From positions 212 to 64,211 of the forward strand of contig CAYJMS010000003.1 in NCBI GenBank assembly GCA_964371615.1: a stretch of DNA of 64,000 nt, given 5' to 3'. The notes below the pieces were generated by a model, which saw only the letters and a list, made by a program, of their open reading frames with translations, made no database searches and was not told the origin of the DNA. The DNA is from an uncultured Chitinophagaceae bacterium (GTDB lineage: Bacteria > Bacteroidota > Ignavibacteria > UBA10030 > UBA8401). This document shows positions 59,193-64,000 of the stretch, piece after piece; positions within the stretch are counted from its first letter, which is position 1; every line of letters starts with the position of its first letter. The position numbers and the translations under genes were made by a program.

Positions 59193-59277
59193 GTTGAGTC
59201 GTTGAGTATTTGAGTAGTTGAGTAGTTGAGTATAAGAAAACGACCAAACGAGGACTCAATGACTCTCATGCACTCAA
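59193..59277. repeat. 8-bp tandem repeat (TTGAGTAG)n with inverted copies
   Basis: 5 units at 59193-59232; ACTCAA copies at 59254-59277. Confidence 0.7.
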
Positions 59278-59365
59278 ACAAACAAAAATCCCCGCCGAAA
59301 AGCTTCAAAGGCAGGGTTTCTCTGGGACTAAAATACTAAAATAAGGAAGGAAGTGCAAGATACCG

Positions 59366-60340
59366 TTACCGGTTTGCGAATCCCGTCAGGAAATACATGA
59401 TTGTTAATGCGGCAAGTTTGGCGGTGCGACCGTCCACATCGTATTTCGGGTTCATTTCCACAATATCGATGATCTTTGTTTTCCGCCGTTTGCCGGCAAA
59501 AAGAGCGGCGGTGAGGAATTCCTCAGCAGATAATCCCGTGGGTAGCGAGGCGCTCACACCGGGAGCGTCGGAGCCGTGGATCGCATCAAGATCGAAACTA
59601 ATATAGAGCGAATCGTTTCCGGTGGTGGCAAGTTCATAAGAAAGTTCGAGAACTTTGGTGATGCCGTCTTCGCGAACGTCGCGCAGTGAAAAGACCGTCG
59701 CTCCCCGGTCGATCAATTCGGTGTAATGTTCCCGAGAATTGGCAAAGGACTGGATGCCTACTTCAACGAAGTTCATGGCATTTAACGGGCTGCGGTGATG
59801 GTCCAGCATCTGCCGAAACGATGTGCCGCTGTTTCTTTTGGGAACCGGTTTTTGGTAATCGAGATGGGTGTCAATATTGATCACGCCGACGGTCTTCCGT
59901 CCTTCGGAAAATCCGACAAAGTCCGGATAGGCGATATCGTGCCCACCGCCGAGCACAATCGGGACAATGTTTTGCGAACAGAGCGCCCGGATTGTTTCCG
60001 CCAGCCGGTCGTGCGTCTCTTCCAGTGTTTTGCCGATCTTAATATCCCCGAGATCGAAAATCGTCAGTTCTGCGGGGGATTTCTCCTTGCCGATAACAAA
60101 TGGTGTTCGTTTATACAGTTCCGTACGTATGGCGTCGGGACCATCCTTTGCGCCGGTACGGCCGCCGTTTCGCTTTACTCCTTCGTCGGTGGGAACGCCG
60201 AGCAGGCAGATTTTCACCTCATCGGAAAAATTCTGCTCTCCCCGCAGTACCGTATCTCCCAGACGAATATCCGTAGGATCGTTCCGGCTGTAAAACAGCG
60301 CAGCGGATGGGGGGGCGATATGTTTGAAGATCACATTCAC
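59366..60340 (-). CDS. hutG: Formimidoylglutamase (arginase family)
   Basis: DEGVKRNGGR.GA, GGGHD, DTHLD, SGTSF, DLDAI...APGVSA; start uncertain. Confidence 0.88.
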   Translation of the reverse strand: MNVIFKHIAPPSAALFYSRNDPTDIRLGDTVLRGEQNFSDEVKICLLGVPTDEGVKRNGGRTGAKDGPDAIRTELYKRTPFVIGKEKSPAELTIFDLGDIKIGKTLEETHDRLAETIRALCSQNIVPIVLGGGHDIAYPDFVGFSEGRKTVGVINIDTHLDYQKPVPKRNSGTSFRQMLDHHRSPLNAMNFVEVGIQSFANSREHYTELIDRGATVFSLRDVREDGITKVLELSYELATTGNDSLYISFDLDAIHGSDAPGVSASLPTGLSAEEFLTAALFAGKRRKTKIIDIVEMNPKYDVDGRTAKLAALTIMYFLTGFANR

Positions 60341-60486
60341 ACATCCAAAGTTATGAAACTTAGAGAGAGAAGCAAGAAAAAGATTTCCGCACTGCTTTTG
60401 ATTGATTCTTTTTTGAATATACACTACTTTCAAAGACAGAGGAGTCTTATTACCGCGCCGGTCACAATTCTGTCAGGTCCATTTCC

Positions 60487-60975
60487 ATGCCGACACACGT
60501 TCGATTATCCCTCATCACCGTACTGCTGATTACCGTGCAGACGACGGTCGTTTCGTTCACCTCGGTGTTCAACATCGTGCCGGATATCATGGTGATCTGG
60601 ATCGTGTACATCGCCGTCACGCGCGGACAGATACCCGCAACGATCTACGGCTTCGCGATCGGTTTAACGATCGATCTGATGAGCGGACAATTCCTCGGCC
60701 TTTCGGCGCTGTGCAAAACCGTGGCGGGATTTATCGCAGGATATTTTTATCACGAAAACAAAATTGAGATCACGATCAGCAATTACCGTTTTCTGGTAAT
60801 CGTGGCGGTGATCTCGTTTATTCACAACATCATTTACTTTATCGTCTTCACGCAGGGAAGCGACGTGCATATACTGACGGCGATTTTCCGGTTCGGCCTT
60901 TTTTCATCGCTGTACACCACGACGATCTCATCCATACCGATGTTCGTTGCGATGCGGAAGCCACAATTGCGATAG
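60487..60975 (+). CDS. mreD: Rod shape-determining protein MreD
   Basis: Hydrophobic, VPD, GFAIGL.ID; directly upstream of PBP2. Confidence 0.85.
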   Translation: MPTHVRLSLITVLLITVQTTVVSFTSVFNIVPDIMVIWIVYIAVTRGQIPATIYGFAIGLTIDLMSGQFLGLSALCKTVAGFIAGYFYHENKIEITISNYRFLVIVAVISFIHNIIYFIVFTQGSDVHILTAIFRFGLFSSLYTTTISSIPMFVAMRKPQLR

Positions 60976-60990
60976 GGATGTACGAGCGCC

Positions 60991-62802
60991 ATGACCGATG
61001 AATTCGGAACAATAGAACGACGACGTGTTTTCAAGTTGATCATCGCAACAGGGTTTATCCTGCTACTGGTGCGGCTGTTTCAATTGCAGTACGTCCACGG
61101 CGATGTCTACGGCAAAGAGGCGGAAGCCAATTCGATCCGTAATGTGCCGAAAGTACCGATCCGCGGATACATGTACGACCGGAAAGGTGTTCTGCTGGTC
61201 GACAATCGTCCCTCCTACACCGTCATGCTCACGCCGATCGATTTCGATCGCGGCAATATTCCCATTCTGTCGACGATTCTCTCCATGCCCGAAAGCGACA
61301 TCATCGCAAAAATCCGGCAAGCGCGTAAGTACAATCCTTTTGTCCCCGCCAGAATCAAACGCGACATCACCTTTGCGGAACTTTCGATGCTGGAAGAACA
61401 CCGCGCAAAACTGTACGGCGTTGAGATTCAAATGGAAGCCAAGCGTCATTATCCCACGATCATCCGCGGTAGCCATATGTTCGGCTATGCCAAGGAAATC
61501 ACCGACCAGCAGCTCGAACGGAACAAGGAATTTTATCAGCCGGGAGACCTGATCGGCAGCGCGGGACTCGAATCGAAGTACGAACAATTTCTCCGCGGCG
61601 CCAAAGGATGGGAATTCATCTCGCAGAATGCGAAGGGACAGATCATCGGCACGTTCAACAACGGCAAGCACGACATTCCGCCGGAAGACGGACTCGATCT
61701 GCGTTTATCGATCGATGCAGATGTGCAGGCAATGGCGGAAACGCTGCTGGCGGGAAAGCGAGGCGCGGTGGTAGCAATCGATCCGCGCAACGGCGGTGTC
61801 ATTGCCCTGGCGAGCAAACCGGATTACGATCTTTCGTTTTTCAGCGGCGTCACACCGCCCGATGTCTGGCGTGCGCTGAACAACGACGAAGAGAAACCGC
61901 TCTTCAACCGCGCTACGTTGACACGCTATCCGCCGGGATCGACATTTAAAATGCTGCTTGCCCTGACCGCGCTTGAGAATAATGTGATCGACGAAAATTG
62001 GACCATCACCTGCTACGGATCGTACCGGTACGGCAACAAGACATTCGCCTGCGAACATGTGCACGGGAAAGTAAACGTCGTCGATGCAATCCACCGCTCG
62101 TGCAACGTCTTTTTTTATCAATTGATGCTGAAGGTGGGAATCGACGACTGGAGCGCCATGGGATCGAAGTTCGGCTTCGGGCAAATGTCGAAGATCGACA
62201 TCACCGAAGAGAATTCCGGACTGCTGCCGACAAGAGAATATTACGACCGTGTGCACGGCAAAGGAAAATGGACGCAGGGCTACCTGATCTCACTCGGCAT
62301 CGGACAGGGTGAAGTGGGCGTCTCTCCGCTGCAAATGGCAAACTATGCCGCAATGCTGGCAAACAAAGGGAAACATTTTCAACCGCACATTGTCAATACC
62401 ATCTACCATCGCAAAACCAAGCGGTCGGAGAAAGTACCGATTGATGAGCATTCCTTTACATTGAAGGAACATTCGTGGGATGTCGTGCGCGAAGGAATGC
62501 GCCGCGCCGTAATGGCACCGGGAGGAACCGGCGCCGCATCGCGCGTTCCGGGAATTGAAGTGGCGGGAAAAACCGGCACGGCGCAGAATCCGCACGGAAA
62601 ATCGCACGCGTGGTACATCGGCTTTGCGCCGTTCGACGATCCGAAGATCGCCATCTGCGTGCTGGTGGAAAATGTCGGCTACGGCGGATCGTTCGCCGCG
62701 CCGATTGCAGGATTGTGTATGGAACAATATTTATACGGCGAAATCATTCGATACGGTGTGAAGAAACCGCGGACAACGGCACAATCTGTTGCGGTAAATT
62801 AA
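60991..62802 (+). CDS. mrdA: Penicillin-binding protein 2
   Basis: PIRG..YDR, PGSTFK, SCN, KTGTAQ. Confidence 0.95.
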   Translation: MTDEFGTIERRRVFKLIIATGFILLLVRLFQLQYVHGDVYGKEAEANSIRNVPKVPIRGYMYDRKGVLLVDNRPSYTVMLTPIDFDRGNIPILSTILSMPESDIIAKIRQARKYNPFVPARIKRDITFAELSMLEEHRAKLYGVEIQMEAKRHYPTIIRGSHMFGYAKEITDQQLERNKEFYQPGDLIGSAGLESKYEQFLRGAKGWEFISQNAKGQIIGTFNNGKHDIPPEDGLDLRLSIDADVQAMAETLLAGKRGAVVAIDPRNGGVIALASKPDYDLSFFSGVTPPDVWRALNNDEEKPLFNRATLTRYPPGSTFKMLLALTALENNVIDENWTITCYGSYRYGNKTFACEHVHGKVNVVDAIHRSCNVFFYQLMLKVGIDDWSAMGSKFGFGQMSKIDITEENSGLLPTREYYDRVHGKGKWTQGYLISLGIGQGEVGVSPLQMANYAAMLANKGKHFQPHIVNTIYHRKTKRSEKVPIDEHSFTLKEHSWDVVREGMRRAVMAPGGTGAASRVPGIEVAGKTGTAQNPHGKSHAWYIGFAPFDDPKIAICVLVENVGYGGSFAAPIAGLCMEQYLYGEIIRYGVKKPRTTAQSVAVN

Positions 62803-62829
62803 TTCAATCGAAATGGTTTTTTAAAATTC

Positions 62830-64000
62830 ATGAACACATTCTTCAAAGAATATTTCGACCGGACCATCTTCTTCAGCGTCATTGCGCTGGTAGGGGTGGG
62901 ATTGCTGTCGATCTACTCCGCAACATTCGATGCGTACGACGGACGGGATTTTTACCGCCAATTGTTGTGGGCGGGAATCGGACTCTTCTCCATGCTGACA
63001 ATGATGGTGCTCCCGATCCGCTGGCTGCAGCGCTCGGCGTTCAGCATATTTTTTGCTTCGCTCGGGCTTTTGGTGCTCGTGCTCTTTGTGGGAAAACGGG
63101 TGTACGGCTCGCAGAGCTGGCTGGGCGTTGCGGGACTCGGCATTCAGCCGTCGGAATTCATTAAAATTACCACGCTGCTCGCTCTCGCATCGTACCTGAG
63201 CCGCGGCGACGTGAAAGCGACCGATTTGAAGGATCTGGTCAAAACCAGCGTGATCGTGATCCTCCCCATTCTGCTGATCATCCAGCAGCCGGACTTCGGT
63301 ACTGCGATGACATACCTCGGCATGTTCGTACCGCTGCTGTACTGGGCGGGAGCGTCGAAGTTCCTGATCATCATCATCATCGCGCCGGCGATCGTCGCCG
63401 CCGCGTCGATTATCGGCACCACGCCGTTTTTGATCGTGCTCATACTGCTCGGGATCGGCTTGTGGATGCTGCGGCGCGAAAACCAGTTCTTTGCCGCACT
63501 GGTGTTCGGCGCGAATGTCGTCGTCGGATTCCTGGTGCAGATTGTGTACGGAAAACTTCCCGCGTATCAGCAAAACCGCATAGCAACGTTTCTCGATCCC
63601 AACAACGATCCGCTCGGCGCCGGGTACAACGTGATTCAGGCGAAAGTGGCGATCGGGTCCGGGGGATTGTTCGGCAAGGGATTTATGCGGGGGACGCAGA
63701 CACAATTGAGTTTCATTCCCAAGCAGTGGACCGATTTTATCTTCTGCGTGCCGGGGGAAGAGTTCGGATTCATCGGCAGTCTTGTGGTGCTCACACTTTT
63801 TGCCATCGTCTTGTATCGCGGAATTCATCTCGCATCGATATCGAAGAACCGGTTCGGTTCGCTCGTGGCGATCGGCATCTGCTCATTGTTTACATTCCAT
63901 ATCTTTGTCAACATCGGCATGTCGGTGGGACTGATGCCGGTGATCGGCATACCTCTCCCTTTCCTGAGTTACGGCGGATCGTCGCTCGTTTCGTATATGA
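62830..64000 (+). CDS. rodA: Rod shape-determining protein RodA (truncated by window end)
   Basis: Open frame from ATG 62830 with [32 protein letters not shown]...[15 protein letters not shown]; absent from ORF track. Confidence 0.93.
   Translation, partial: MNTFFKEYFDRTIFFSVIALVGVGLLSIYSATFDAYDGRDFYRQLLWAGIGLFSMLTMMVLPIRWLQRSAFSIFFASLGLLVLVLFVGKRVYGSQSWLGVAGLGIQPSEFIKITTLLALASYLSRGDVKATDLKDLVKTSVIVILPILLIIQQPDFGTAMTYLGMFVPLLYWAGASKFLIIIIIAPAIVAAASIIGTTPFLIVLILLGIGLWMLRRENQFFAALVFGANVVVGFLVQIVYGKLPAYQQNRIATFLDPNNDPLGAGYNVIQAKVAIGSGGLFGKGFMRGTQTQLSFIPKQWTDFIFCVPGEEFGFIGSLVVLTLFAIVLYRGIHLASISKNRFGSLVAIGICSLFTFHIFVNIGMSVGLMPVIGIPLPFLSYGGSSLVSYM

Overview
Bacterial chromosomal window, probably FCB group (Ignavibacteriota/Bacteroidota-like; inferred from gene content and order, not from a search). 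Bases ~1-11.6 kb are an AT-rich integron gene-cassette array with no integrase inside the window. It holds single unrelated genes (lipoproteins, OM beta-barrels, membrane proteins, a higBA module, a dead phd/parE module) separated by attC sites that decay from left to right. The main find is an IS110-family DEDD recombinase element (3998-5359, minus strand) inserted precisely into one attC site at a duplicated CT core. Its upstream non-coding end folds into a bridge-RNA-like architecture. The target loop carries guides GAGCGACT/TAACCAG that spell the attC R''-spacer-L'' sequence, and the donor loop carries ACAGTAC/ACGAG that spell its own circle junction. It is therefore a candidate RNA-guided recombinase programmed to hit integron attC sites. 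The remainder is mostly housekeeping: NFACT/RqcH, SurA-type PPIases, rpsT, lptE, miaB, pta, hemW, two lepB, lepA, hutG, mreD-mrdA-rodA. It is interspersed with small repeats: a RAYT REPtron with GTAG REP clusters at three loci, a three-copy MITE-like family, and 7/8-mer arrays, one of which brackets a four-helix-bundle gene. A QueF homolog has its catalytic Cys replaced by Gly.
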